Assembly (NCBI RefSeq): GCF_964204865.1
Contig: NC_135251.1
Coordinates: 15,376,001 to 15,440,000 of the forward strand
Origin: Styela clava
Taxonomy: Eukaryota
Reading direction: 5' to 3'
DNA length: 64,000 bases
Program-made: the position numbers and the translations under genes
Shown here: positions 24,891 to 37,718 of the stretch, piece after piece
How positions within the stretch are numbered: position 1 is the first letter of the stretch
Layout: each line of letters begins with the position of its first letter
The notes under the pieces: model-generated
What the model saw: the letters and a program-made list of their open reading frames with translations, nothing else
The model's database searches: none
Told to the model about the DNA's origin: nothing

Positions 24891-27649
24891 ATTATCTTTT
24901 AGGGGATAAAGAGAATATTTGATGTTATTTCTGTATTTGCTGTTGTTTCTGGCTATTTCTGTTGCTCTCTGATCTGAAGAACACAGCTCCTGGTTCCGCA
25001 TACATATATTGCTATTGTATAATTTACAAATACAAAGGACAGTTCCAAGTCATGACTGATAGGCCAGACATAATCTAAGTTTCACTGCAAGCCCGAATTC
25101 GTTAATTACTTGTCCATCGTTAACCTTTCTTCCCTCCTAACGAATAGTCGCTTTTATGCTGGTTTTGGTATCCACAAGGCATGACGCGTTATCGTCATCG
25201 TACCCTACAGGACGTCTAATTGTTACGTATTTTATGAATGAGAGATTGCTTTTAATTTTAAGATTAGAATGACTTTAAGTATTTAAAGAAAACAAATGCT
25301 AATATCTGCCAAAATCGAATAAATTAGATATTTTTGAGTAAACCTCGTTGATTTTAATACCGAATATGAAACGCCTTAAAGATTAGAAAGAAGGAAAATG
25401 TGAAATACCTGTGAAGAAGAAGAAGAATGTCTGCTCATTTTGTAAACGAAATTGAAATAAGTATAGTACAATATAAAATGCTACAATCGCGCGGTTTCTT
25501 GATGTTGATTCGCGAGCGTTTCGTTCTAAAGTTCTTTTCGTTTCATATCTTTCTCATTTGTTTTTGTAGTCAAGAGTTCTGACTAGTTTTAAATTTGACA
25601 GTTTTTTTCGGTATAAAACAGTTCATATAGTATGTATGTTTCACGCACATTTTTATATATAACAGTCCATAGTCCATATAACGTGAATCTCATACACATT
25701 TTTAAATCTAACATTTTTTTTTCTTTTTGTCACAGTCTTCTTCATACTGTCTGAATATTGGTTTGGCTGTTGTTTTTCAATTTCCTTTTTCTCCTTGTGT
25801 AGTAGATATCATTGAGGTCACCTTTAGTTCTAACGGTTGCTTTTCAGACTCCATCTCAAAAAGGCGCTGTTCGTCTGTCGGGGCACTTTTTTTAGGGAAC
25901 AAAATTAGTATTTTGCTGTTATTTCTGTATTTGTTGTTGTTTACTGTCTAATGCTGTTGCTCTCCGATATTATCTTATGAAGACATACTCCTGGCTCCGA
26001 ATACATATATTGCAATTGTATAATTTACACTTACGCTTTCATTGTAAACCTAATTAATTAATTTTTATAGTGTGTTTCATGAGTACTCCAATATTCGAAG
26101 ACGTGTTGTTTAAAAGGCTCTTCGTGCCATTTTTGATGATTAGGTTTGGTCCCATAGTGCCATGGTCGTTTTTCTTCATTTTACACTGTGCCACTCGAAC
26201 GGACATAAAATTTATTCTCCTTACCCTTCGTCGTCCACTTGCAGTCGCGTCTAATTGACGTGTTTTTGATCGCCTTAGGGTCGTTCAATATAAATTTTCA
26301 GTAATATTAGTCAAAATTTACTATTTTTCGACTATGAAAACACAAAGTTCAGATAGTGTGGAATTAAAGAAAATCATCATGCATGAACCTAAAACATAGT
26401 TTTTTAGAGGGCCTTGAAATCCCAAAAACGTATAAATAAATCATAGGCAGCTGGTTAATCCAAGAAACCAGGCGATATTTCATAGGTTGGTCTTAAAAAA
26501 GCTGAAAATCACCTCCAAAATACACTGACTTTACTTATTCATAACCTACTTGTAGAGCGCGATAACGCGCAAAACGAGAACAGTCTTTGTGTGACGTAAT
26601 ATTTATCGTACAGAAGCCAGACACGTGACCAAACAGCTGTTCAGCCACATCCGTATGGTGCCAAGGGTAGAATACTATATCTTGGCCGCATTTGGGTAGG
26701 AAAGATAGGGTAGAGCAGTGGTTCCCAACCGCCGATCCGCGAAAAAAATTTCGTTATTTTGTTGTTTTTATGCCTTTGGTTTATTACGCAATTTCTCTTC
26801 CGCCGTCATATTGCGACGTCTCCCGCGACATCTTGGCGACGTCTTTCGCGACATCCTGACGCCGGGTAATCACACTTTTCGCTTTTTCGGCTCCGATTCA
26901 TCGCGACTGCGCTCCATCAAATCTCGCAAGATTCTGAAACCTTAAAATCAGCACACGTGCTTGGTTCTGCGTGCTTTTCCTGATTAATATGACCATCAAT
27001 ATGAAACGTTATGCATATTTCTTTGTTTAAACCAGAAAACAGTCAAGAACAGTATAATTTTCCAGCAATATATGAACTTGTTGCGACCCTGCAGGTGGTC
27101 ACGAGACGCGCAAAAATCCATGGGATGCAGAGATCTTTTCCAGTATTTTGAGCGGGCACAGTAGGATTTTGAGCATAGTGCCAAGTTACCGACGACTTTG
27201 TCCTTGTAATGTAAATTTATTTCGTTTGAGGTGTCGATCAACTGCAGAAGGATTAATATGATAAACCCGACGAAAAAGGAAAAGCTTAATTAAAATTGAG
27301 ATTCTACTTTACAGTCCAGATTTAAAAAAGAATCACTGTCACAATTTTGTATATCTCTTGATAACGAATACCCATCGCTACGTAATCGAGCAATCAAACT
27401 GTTGTCCGTATTTTCAACCAGTACTCATGCGTTCTGCGAAAAAAAACATCCTCATCACTAGTTTAATTAAAACGATGCATTTCATTACGCAAATATATGG
27501 TATTATTTTATGTTTCACCCATTTCAATTTTTGGCAGGCACATTATTTGGTAGTTTTTCTTCGTGTGAAATGTTTTTAATAAGTGTGCCCTTTTTGTCTA
27601 GAAGCATATTGAGTGCCCAACATTGCATTATATAACGCAATTATATATT

Positions 27650-27802
27650 ATTATCCGAGATATGATAAACGGACATGCAAAATCTGGAGCAGATTCAATC
27701 TCGTTTTCGTGAGATATCGCGTGCATCTAACAGACAGACAGACATACAGACAGACAGACAAATACCTATCAACCTACTTACCGATTAAAATCGATAAGTA
27801 AT
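27650..27802 (-). mobile_element. DINE-1/HINE-like repeat fragment
   Basis: Reverse complement of 4795-4915, including the (CAGA)n tract and ATCGATAAGTAA end. Confidence 0.75.
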
Positions 27803-30800
27803 TATATCATACATATATTTTAAGTACTGACGGAACAGATTAACTTCTAATTTGATTTTGACGTGCAAAAACCACGTTTTCCAGAATCTGAAAATTGCAC
27901 CTGTACTACACTAGCTTTATTTTTGTAATTTTCGTTCTACAGTCGCCATGAAACGTAATGCCAAAAATGATTTATATGCCACGCGTGTGGTAAAAATAGA
28001 CTTATTCTCCATTTATGAATGGTATTGCAAATTGTATTTAAATCCGAAATTACTATCAAAAAATCCTTGAAGTTGACATGAACGAATGAATTATTTAATG
28101 CACAGCAACGTTCAGTCACGTTTACATATATTATAAAGTTTTCCATTTTTGATCACGTTCTTTTATTTTTCATTAACTTCGGACTGATATGTGGTAAAAA
28201 CATTGAACTGAGGTTTATTTTTTCGTACCTTAGAACGATTTAGGCAAAACCGCCGGCCAGCACGAACAACTATGCAATCATAGAAAAGGTGGCAAGCATC
28301 TTCGGCATTAGATTTACAGAAATTACGTAACTTAGATAAAGCAAGTCTGTAGAAAAACAGTCTAATTTATTTTTAAAATCTAATTTAATAACATTTGCAT
28401 TTCAGTTTTGCATATATATAACTGATTACATCGCGATAGCTGGTCGAACAGAGGATATTATAGCTTCAGAGCAACATTTAGAAACGAATAAGGTTACGCA
28501 ATATTCTTCACTTGCAACTTATAAAAATTAAATGTCGCAAGCGGATGTGCTGTTAATTTTTTGCCTTTTAGAGAAACCACCCATTGTGAGAAACTATTTT
28601 CAATTGGCAACTTCATTTGCCTAGGGCAAAAATACTGATTTTGTCGTGCTTCTGCTGAAATATGCGGCGTTGCTTAACTCTTGTATTATTCGAATTTTGA
28701 TAAGAAGTGTTTTTAATTGGGAACTACGTCGTGAGTTTTAGTTTGGCAAATTAGCAATATATATGTATTTTAGACTATGAATTACAGCATTCTCCCTAGC
28801 AAGGAAACAGTGCATTTAATACGATAATTGCAAATTGTATCACGTGTTTTCAATATGCAATTGAAAATCTATTTCGTTAATTTTAGAGATAAAATATCTT
28901 ACATGGACTGAGAAACAAGAATACAGAGTTACCCTGGAAACGTAGGTAAATATAGATCCACATTGTTTCTAGTAGTCTAATCAATGCGTTGGTTGGTCTG
29001 ATCTGTAGTCCGATGCAAACAAATATGTTATATATATATATACACACGAAATGTGTACGATAAATTCAATCATAATTTGTGTTCATTGAGTTACGTTTTA
29101 TAGTTAAGTTACATGCTCATGTTTCGTCTCCATATAGATACGAAATCACCCTACTATCATTTTAATATATATCATATATATAGAATGTTTCTATTAGCCT
29201 TTAGGGATAAATTCCTTATTTCAGGTAAAATTTATAAAAAGACTAAAAATTGCTTATTTCGGGGTCACCAATTAATTTAGGATAAGTGTCCTAAATATAA
29301 CTTGAGTCGGCGTACGAGATCTTCGGTATCTCTTTAGTCGGAGCATGGGCTCTTGTCTTCTAGACTTGTTCAAATTATTCTTCATCTCGTTGTTCGGTTA
29401 TGTATGCGCTCGCCCCCAGCAGACAATAGATGATAGCAGACAAACGACAATTGCGACAATTCTTCTTCACTTTATTGTACAGTAAACACAACATCAAGGT
29501 TGTGCTACAAGACTGGTTACTACAAGACTACATCTTTCAAGACTGGATATTACTACAGCGATAGCGACCCTTATATACAGAAAACCAACAATAATCATGT
29601 CTCTCCCAGGATTTCAACCTAATCAGAATTGTAAAGAATAGTATAAGGATTTGATCTATAAATCTATATTCCGAGGATTAAAATGGTGCTATCGATCTCA
29701 TTAGCCTTATTGATCGAAGTTTTGAATACTAATTACCAACTGGACGTTATTGATCCAGTTATTTTTCGTTGCCATATGTTGCCTAATTTAAAATGGGTTT
29801 TTTATCGATCTAATTTACGAATTCGGAGAATTTCGTCAATACTAATAATTAGCCTTTTTCTATGTATTTAAAAATGTTTGTCCAAATTACTAATCTTTCC
29901 CTATAAAATACTCCCTTCTTTGGGAATGGAATTCCGGGTTTTGAGACATGATTATGGTGCCTATACGTTCTAAGAAATTCACTATAAAACATTGAAAAAA
30001 CGAAAAAAAAAACCAATTGAAAATATACACACTGAAATTCAAAAATATGGGACAAGAGGATTTAAGAATGAGAGGGAAGTATAGGATGAGAGTAAGAGTT
30101 AGAGATTAAAAAGAAAAGACGATTTATTGTTTTTTAAATTTGATTTCGACAGATAAAACTGGTCTTTCAATCCAATATACTTCGTCACACTGAATTACTG
30201 ATAGCTCATGTTTTTGAAAAAATAGCGCTTTGTAAGTTAGCTTGTTGCGATTTGTTGATAATGCCAGCTTCGGGCTTTGAAAAAAAAAAATAAAAATAGC
30301 GCTTTTTTTGTTAAATTGTCATATACCTGAGCTCATTTATGCACCGTTCTTGTGAGGATGTTATAAACGCTTAAAAGAGTGAATCATCTTTTTTCAAAAT
30401 AGTTCAGTGTTGATGAAATCTATCTAATCGAAATAGTTTGCATCCGTCAATGTTTAATTATTATAAATCGCAAGAATTCAACTCTGAATATTCACCTCTA
30501 TTGCATAATCAATTGGCCATAAGATTAGTTGCAATTTGAGTAAACACCCAAAGTCTGTTTTCAAGCAATTCATAGAAATTGAGATACCTAAACAATATCG
30601 CCAAAGAAGTTAAAAAAGGACTATACATTGAGAAAGGAAGTAGTACGATAAATGTCCCAGTAAGAAAAAAATTGTATGTATATATAAGAAAGTAAAACAA
30701 ATTGTTGAATAATATTTTCATTCTACTGTCTTGCTCGATCATTTTTGCTGTGATCTTTATGAATATATAAAAGCGTGCGCTTCTTTCGTACTTTTTTAAA

Positions 30801-31672
30801 AGTTATCGTTCGTTGTATTATACCATCAGTTTAATTTTGCCTGATACAATTTTTCACCTTGTATTTTTGAATTTCATTATGTATATTTTTCGATTGTGTT
30901 TTTTTGTCATTTTCAATGTGTTTTTGAAATTTAAGTATGTTAGGTGACAAATATGTCCAAAACCCCGATCTCCGATCTAAAGGGCGTAGATATATTTAGG
31001 GATAAATTCCTTATTTCAGGTAAAATTTATAAAAAGACTAAAAATTGCTTATTTCGAAATTCTCCAAATTCATGAATTGGATCGATATAGTTCCCGTTGA
31101 AATTAGACAAACAGATGACAACCAAAAATATAATTGGATCGATGAAATATGGTAATAAGTATTCCAAACCCGAATCGATAATCCTAATGGAATCGATATC
31201 ACCATACGCACATACGTATATAAGGTTTCAATTGGATATTTGGAGAAAGGGGGGTATTGAAGAAGTGAGGTATTGAAGAAGTCATGTATTGAGAGGTCTT
31301 GTATTAGGAGTCGAATCGTCTTGATAAGTGTCGTCTCGTTTCTCGATGTCGTCATGTCTTAACAATCTTCTGTATTCTGTGTCTACAACATTAAACTACA
31401 TCAACAACATGTTCCTATATGCTACATGTTCTTACTTGGCTAAAAGCCTACCCATAAATGACATAACATATTTAGGGGGCGTTTCCTGTGTCATTCAATA
31501 ATGTATGTCACTCATCTGCCCTATAATACTGGTTATATAATATTTTCTTATCTTCAAGAAATGCTTTTCGTTTTTGCTCAATATTATTACGTAACGTACG
31601 TCCTAATAAAAGTAATCAACATTTGAATTTTACAAAAAAGCATACTTCTTTATTTCAGAAATCATATAAGCC

Positions 31673-32224
31673 ATGGCCGACAACAGGAATTGGAGATACT
31701 TAATGACAAAAACAGGAGTCTACAAATTTGTTCAACTGATTATTTCCGCCGGTGCAATGATCATGACTTTCATAATGATGATAAAAATCCGAATCATTCT
31801 CAATAACAGTCCGGAATTTAAAGGAAAGACAATTAATTGGAAATCCATTGGTTTTATTATATTTGACGCTGTACTTTCAACCGGTACTTTAATTGCACAT
31901 TTGGTATGCAACATGTGCCAGTGTTGTAGTTCGGAGTGCCCTGGCGATTTTTTAGACATTGTATATTTTATATTTTATGCCCTGCTTTACATCGCCTCAA
32001 TGGGAATTTCGGCTTGGTTGGCAAATTTGTTTAAACCGGCTTGCTTTGTTTACAAGGAATGTGTGATATATTACATGGCCCTTGGCATAGTTGTAGCGAG
32101 TGGTGCCACTGCTTTATTTGCTATCATTTATTGTGTAGTTGTGTTTTGTAAAACAAAACGTCGAAGGTCACAAAATTCGGGTCTGGTTTCCAATGAACAG
32201 TTACCAGACGGTGCAAATGCCTAA
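31673..32224 (+). CDS. MARVEL-domain-like four-transmembrane protein, 183 aa, single coding exon
   Basis: Four hydrophobic helices. The N-terminal YLMTKTGVYKFVQLII resembles the MARVEL start (Y/F-L-x-S/T-x-x-G-x-L-K/R-x-x-Q/E); DIVYFIFYALLY opens TM3. TTTCAG acceptor just upstream of the ATG. Family call is by motif recall only. Confidence 0.7.
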   Translation: MADNRNWRYLMTKTGVYKFVQLIISAGAMIMTFIMMIKIRIILNNSPEFKGKTINWKSIGFIIFDAVLSTGTLIAHLVCNMCQCCSSECPGDFLDIVYFIFYALLYIASMGISAWLANLFKPACFVYKECVIYYMALGIVVASGATALFAIIYCVVVFCKTKRRRSQNSGLVSNEQLPDGANA

Positions 32225-32436
32225 TAAATAAATTTTGTGAATACTTGCTTCCAAAAAGTAAGAATCACTATAGAATTGGGATAATTTGGTGCATACTATT
32301 CTGTGGTGGATACGAGATAATGTTTTGTTTCTACGTTTTTGAAATACATTATGACATCAGGCGATTGACTTAACTGCGTTGACTCTGTAGGTTCAAAAAA
32401 ACCTTGCTCAATCTCCATGCATACCATCACCTAGAC

Positions 32437-32787
32437 CAAGGGGCAAGGACCAGGGGCCAAAAATCTTGACCATTCAGACTGGAGGGTGACGTAAAAGGTT
32501 GCATTTTATAAAAAGGGTTACAAACGCGAAAGTGGAAACAATAGGCCTTGTGCCAAAATTAAATGTAATCGCAACAAATTCCTTGAGCTATTTATTATAG
32601 CTACAAAATCAAAATTTGGTTTTAGTTTGGTTGTGGCAATTGTCAAAACAGATTTGGGATTTCAATAACAAATACTATGTAGTACATGCAAAATTGGTTA
32701 AAGCATAAATTTATGACAGGATCCGGCGGGTCAGGTCACCCAACAGGCCAGATTGGTCCGCGGGCCGCCGTAGCTTGCCCATGTCAG
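32437..32787. mobile_element. hAT MITE
   Basis: Degenerate TIR (GGGCAAG / CTTGCCC); 8-bp TSD ACCTAGAC at 32429-32436 and 32788-32795. Confidence 0.7.
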
Positions 32788-33196
32788 ACCTAGACCTAGG
32801 GCGTGTATAATTGACTAGGGAATGCGGAACCGGAAACAATAAATAGTAGTTCCTGTTATATTATATTAGTGACTGCTTTTATATAGCCTTGTTTGAATTG
32901 TGAAACGTCAAATAACGAAGGTTAATATGATACTTGAGGACAAAAAATAAACGGACATTTTGAAGTTTGAGTCGTCTGGTGAACTCGTAATTTAATAAAC
33001 ACCGATGAACTATATAAAATTCTGCTCTAAAATTTCTGTGGTGCCCCTCTTTGCTTGGTGCCCTAAGCACGTGCTTATATTGTTTAATGGCTAATCCGGC
33101 GCTGGTCCCATGTGACCATATTTAAAAGAACTATTCCTAATTAACCGCTAATTTGCACCTACTTTCTATAAAACTAAGGATATACATGGAAAAATT

Positions 33197-33306
33197 GGAC
33201 CTCCTGAAGTATGCACACCAAGATGGCGCGCAACCTGAACTCTGGTTGTGTACCAGTCTAGGGTTCAGGTTGTGCGACATCTTGGCGCGCATGCTTCAGG
33301 AGTACC
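33197..33306. mobile_element. Merlin-like palindromic MITE, short form
   Basis: GGACCTCCTGAAGTATGCACACCAAGATGGCGC...GCATGCTTCAGGAGTACC; 8-bp TSD GAAAAATT on both sides. Confidence 0.85.
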
Positions 33307-34990
33307 GAAAAATTATTAAAATTCACAATCGTGATCACTTCAGCATGAAAAAATAAATTGATATGTTTGACGTAATTTGATATTTGAAGGTATTTTATGG
33401 TAATCATAGCTGTTGACGTCCAGTTCGGGGTAAATGATGCAAATTTGTAATTCAATGCTATTTACTTTTCGAACTTGAAGCATTGTTCCTTTTCATTTTG
33501 TTACTAAACAGGAATCGCCTAAAGGAGTAGGCTACCATAGATTTTCTTAATGTGATTTAAGTTGCAATTCTCGAGTGAAGCCACTCGTGGAAGACAACTT
33601 TCTAAATTATGTGGTCTTCATCCAATCCAAACTAACACATTTTCCAAACAAACTTTATTGTTGTTTAATTTCTTAATTCTGAAATATGGTTGATGAATAT
33701 CCCCAACGCATATCACATGAAATATTTAATTATCAACATCAGGGCATACATTTACACAGTTTCGTCTTCTGACCTAATTTTAGATGAGCGCATTATCTGA
33801 TGCACAGCAACGTTTAGTCACGTGTACTTTTTAAAATAGTTATGCATTATCTCGTATAATAACCAATCACATTTCAAAAACTTTTTTATACTGCCGTTAC
33901 ATATTATTGCGTTTAGAACAAAATATATAGAATTTTTATAATGTTGAAATTAGTCTCAAACTCAATTATATAACATGAACATGATTCACAAATTTCTGTA
34001 TGCCTTCAATATTAATAAATCATTAATCTTCTAGTTTTTCGTTTTACCTCCCTTTTTTGCTCATTTGCTTGAGTTCTTCCGGTTTTTCTGAATAGATAAT
34101 GTCTATGCTTGATTTTCGTTTTCCAGTGACTTATATCATTTTTAATGAATGGAGTATCTATTTATTGATTGAAAGCCGAAAACCATGTTTCTCAATGTAA
34201 TCATTTGTTCACGAATCAGGGGAAACACCTATGGCGAGAAATCGTTTTCGACAGCAACTGTGAAAACAAATAGCAATAAATCGTGCGTCGTTCTGTACAC
34301 GTCTTCTGACAAACTACGTTGCTTTCTTTAATAAGTGTACATAGGCAAGTTGACCCTATGATAAAGCCATTTGAAAAACAGTAAATTTTCAATAAATGAA
34401 AATGTAAAACGTTATGGAATATAATCAGTACGTTTACTACGTTTATTTTCAAATACCTAATTACGTTTTTGCATCCAAGATAGTATCATCATCGTATTCT
34501 AAAAATTTCAAAATTTTATGGAAAGTTCCATAAGAAAACGTATAGATTTTGTAGCAATTTAAACAGGCGAAATATGAATCACCATGGCGTACATACTTGC
34601 TTACGGGCATTCAAAAAAAAAAACTAAAACCATACAAATGACAAATAAAATATACAAGGTTCTCAATTTAAATTTCTCTCGCCTTAAGGGTTTTGAGTAG
34701 AGTGTGCCATCTATAGATCTGTAATTAAAGATATCACGAGTTGCATTCATAAAATACATAGTTCAAGATATATTTACGAAATGTTTTGAAAGCAGAAAGA
34801 AATTTTTTATTATACAAAAATCTCAGCATGGACATAATTGTATTGTTCGATATTCTGTAATAAAAACAAAATAGCCGAATAAAGTCGAACGTTGTATAAT
34901 TCAATTTATGAGCCCTTTCATTTGCACGGATGTACATGATAGAATTCCCCTTGTCTGAAAGTGTATCAATAAAATTTCGAAATTACTTAG

Positions 34991-35070
34991 GTCACGTGTA
35001 ACGCTAATGCTTCATATTTCGGGTACAGGACGTCTGACGTCATCGATTCATTTAAAAATGTATATATAAA
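34991..35070 (+). promoter_or_regulatory. Candidate promoter of MS4A-like gene 1: E-box, CRE, TATA
   Basis: GTCACGTG 34991-34998, perfect TGACGTCA 35035-35042 and TATATAAA 35063-35070, about 630 bp upstream of the ATG with a probable 5'UTR intron between. Confidence 0.55.
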
Positions 35071-35694
35071 GGGCGTAAAGATTCGTTCATGAACATATTC
35101 CGTCAAGACAAAGAGCATGAAGGAATATACTACAATATTCTGTACTCTATTACGATATTTGAAAAAGATTGCTGCTTAAATTTGCAATAAATAGTGCGTA
35201 ATAAGTACTAAATCATCTACTAGAAAAAAAGTTGGAAGTAGGTTTTTCGCCTTATAAAATTTTTAATGAGATAGTTGCTTTTTCGAAGTAAGTTAATAAG
35301 GGGATGGTTCTATTAAGCCACGAATACTCAATACAAATACTTACACCTTTTGTATTGTATTTACAACCCAGTATTCAATATTCGCTCAATCAATTTAGTC
35401 AATAAACAAGTGTGAATTTTACAAAACAAGTTGTGAGTAGTAACAGGCTAAGTACAACATATATCTAGAAAATTGACGAAATACTGGTTGACAGCGAGAA
35501 CCAGCCCTGTGGTTGAATTCTTGTCGTATGTGTGTTACAAATAACATTCCTAACTTTTAATATTCAATATTCACTCTTATTAATAATGATTTTATCTTTT
35601 TTTTTACTTTACTCAGCCTTGAGCTTCTAATCCATAACTAGAATTAAAAATAAATATTCTACTCTGTAATCAATTAAACTTTAAATTCAAAAGA

Positions 35695-37718
35695 ATGCCT
35701 ACTGTTGTTGTGCATCCGCGTCACCCAGCTTCTAGATATAGATGCAGTTTCACGGTTGTAGGGGTAAGTGATGTGAATTCTGTTTCATAATGATGAGTTG
35801 AATATATAAACTTTCTCAACACGGATCTTTTTTACAGACTTTCCAAGTCCTCATAGGTTTGATTTGTGCAATTCTTGGAGTTGTTCTGATTATTCAATTT
35901 GGTACATCGCAAAATTCCAGCTCTGGTATTGGAACTGGTATTTTGGTAAGATAAATTTATTTATTCTAATAAATTAAACTGTACTACATAAAAAAACAAT
36001 CACAACACAATATCAACTCGTCATAGTGAGAGGTTATAAATTGAACTGGTGTTTATTTTTCCAAATTGCTCCAATGTTTTCAAATATAATTCGGACGAAT
36101 AATAATAATCGGTTTCAAGTTTATATAGCAGAAAGTGACATTGAAATCTATCTAATTAAACAAATAAAAGTTACTTGAAATGCAAATAACAATTGCTCAA
36201 TTTTATTTAAACCAGTTTGCAGCCGATTTTCAAATCAAACAACTAGTTATAAATAAATTGTATTCACTTACAGTACACAATCACTGGAATACTGGCTCTA
36301 TCTGCTGGGAATTCGCCTTCACAGTGTAATGTAAGTATAATAGGAATACATGATATTACACCATTCTAAACCTTGTGTTTTCTGACGATACTTGCCACAA
36401 AATATGACTCCCAGCATCAAATATTTTTTCGATATATAACTGCATATTAAAGAAAAATCTCCGTTAAAGATTAACTACATTTAACATTACTTCACACCAG
36501 TCAGTCATGAGACAATTAATGAGTTGACCCTGTACAGTAAAACAATTTTGGTTATCAAACTGAATACAATGGAACATTATATATATATATAGTCTGCTAA
36601 AAATTTTACACCCTGGTGTAGGTTTTGGGCAGGGGGTTGATCCTAAAATTGTTGGGTTTATTTAAAAAAAAAGGAAGTGGTTTGATTATTTTTGCCTCGA
36701 ATGATTTTTAGATTTATGTTCATTCATTTGTCAAATAAAACTTAATTTGATTACAGGTAATCGCTGGAATGGTATTTGCAATTCTCTCCGCCATTTCAGC
36801 AGCAGCAAATATTGCGCTCGGAATTATGGCTTTAGAACTACTGGCGCATTACTCGCGTCAAAGCTCTCGATATCGAGTTGTGAGTATATATATATATATG
36901 AAATACAATTTTTGCTATACCTTTGACTCACAGTGAAATTTCAACTATCATAATAACGTGGAAAACTTTGAGATACAAAGAAGAATAGATAAATATTTAT
37001 AAATTGGAAGTGATTAATTGGGAAAATTTATTTCATCTCATTTGCTTATCAAGTTTATCATATATGTCATTTCGTCTCATTGTGATAAGAAAAATATTTT
37101 TTTTTTATATAATTCAGAACGAGAGCGCGTACGCGATTATCATCACTGTGATCGTTGTATGCGTTTTTGAATTTATATTTTCAATCGCACACACAATTAT
37201 AAGTTGCTGCGGAAGTTGCTGTGCGTCTGACCCTCAGGTATGTCTGTGTATCGATAGATTTGTATTTTTTATTTTTCAATGAATTTTAAATATCATATAT
37301 CAATTATCATATTTGCATTTAGTATAAATTACACCATCTACAAATGCTTACCTGTATTTCAGACCACCCCGTCTACACACCCAGGCATGGTATCTGCTCC
37401 ACCTGCTTATGGTTAGTATAATATGTTTGTAGTATATTAGGCTTTATCATTCAACTAAATACAGTATTTTTTATTTTGATATTCTAAATAATAATCTGTA
37501 TTTGTATCAGTAGAGAATTAATGTATTCAAAAATATTGAATAATTTTATTCGATAAATCATAGGTAATTTCATGAGTTTATTATTAATTAAATGTTTGTT
37601 ACTTATCCTAAATTTATGACGTATTTAAGGTTTCGCATTTGTTAAGCAATTGTGTTCCGTTTTTGAGAAGTATGTTTTAATTTCAGGCCAAACAAATATT
37701 TCAGAAGTACGAAAATGA
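35695..37718 (+). CDS. MS4A/CD20-like four-TM protein, paralog 1 (7 exons)
   Basis: Exons 35695-35763, 35838-35945, 36274-36330, 36757-36879, 37118-37237, 37363-37411 and 37687-37718. Translation includes GTFQVLIGLICAILG, GIGTGILYTITGILAL, FAILSAISAAA, VCVFEFIFSIAH..CCGSCC and APPAY, matching the MS4A TM pattern. Confidence 0.82.

Noticed and set aside
32225-33510. 3'UTR intron of the MARVEL-like gene (donor 32258, acceptor about 33510)
   Set aside because: AATAAA overlaps the stop region, so the transcript may end earlier; this cannot be supported without cDNA.
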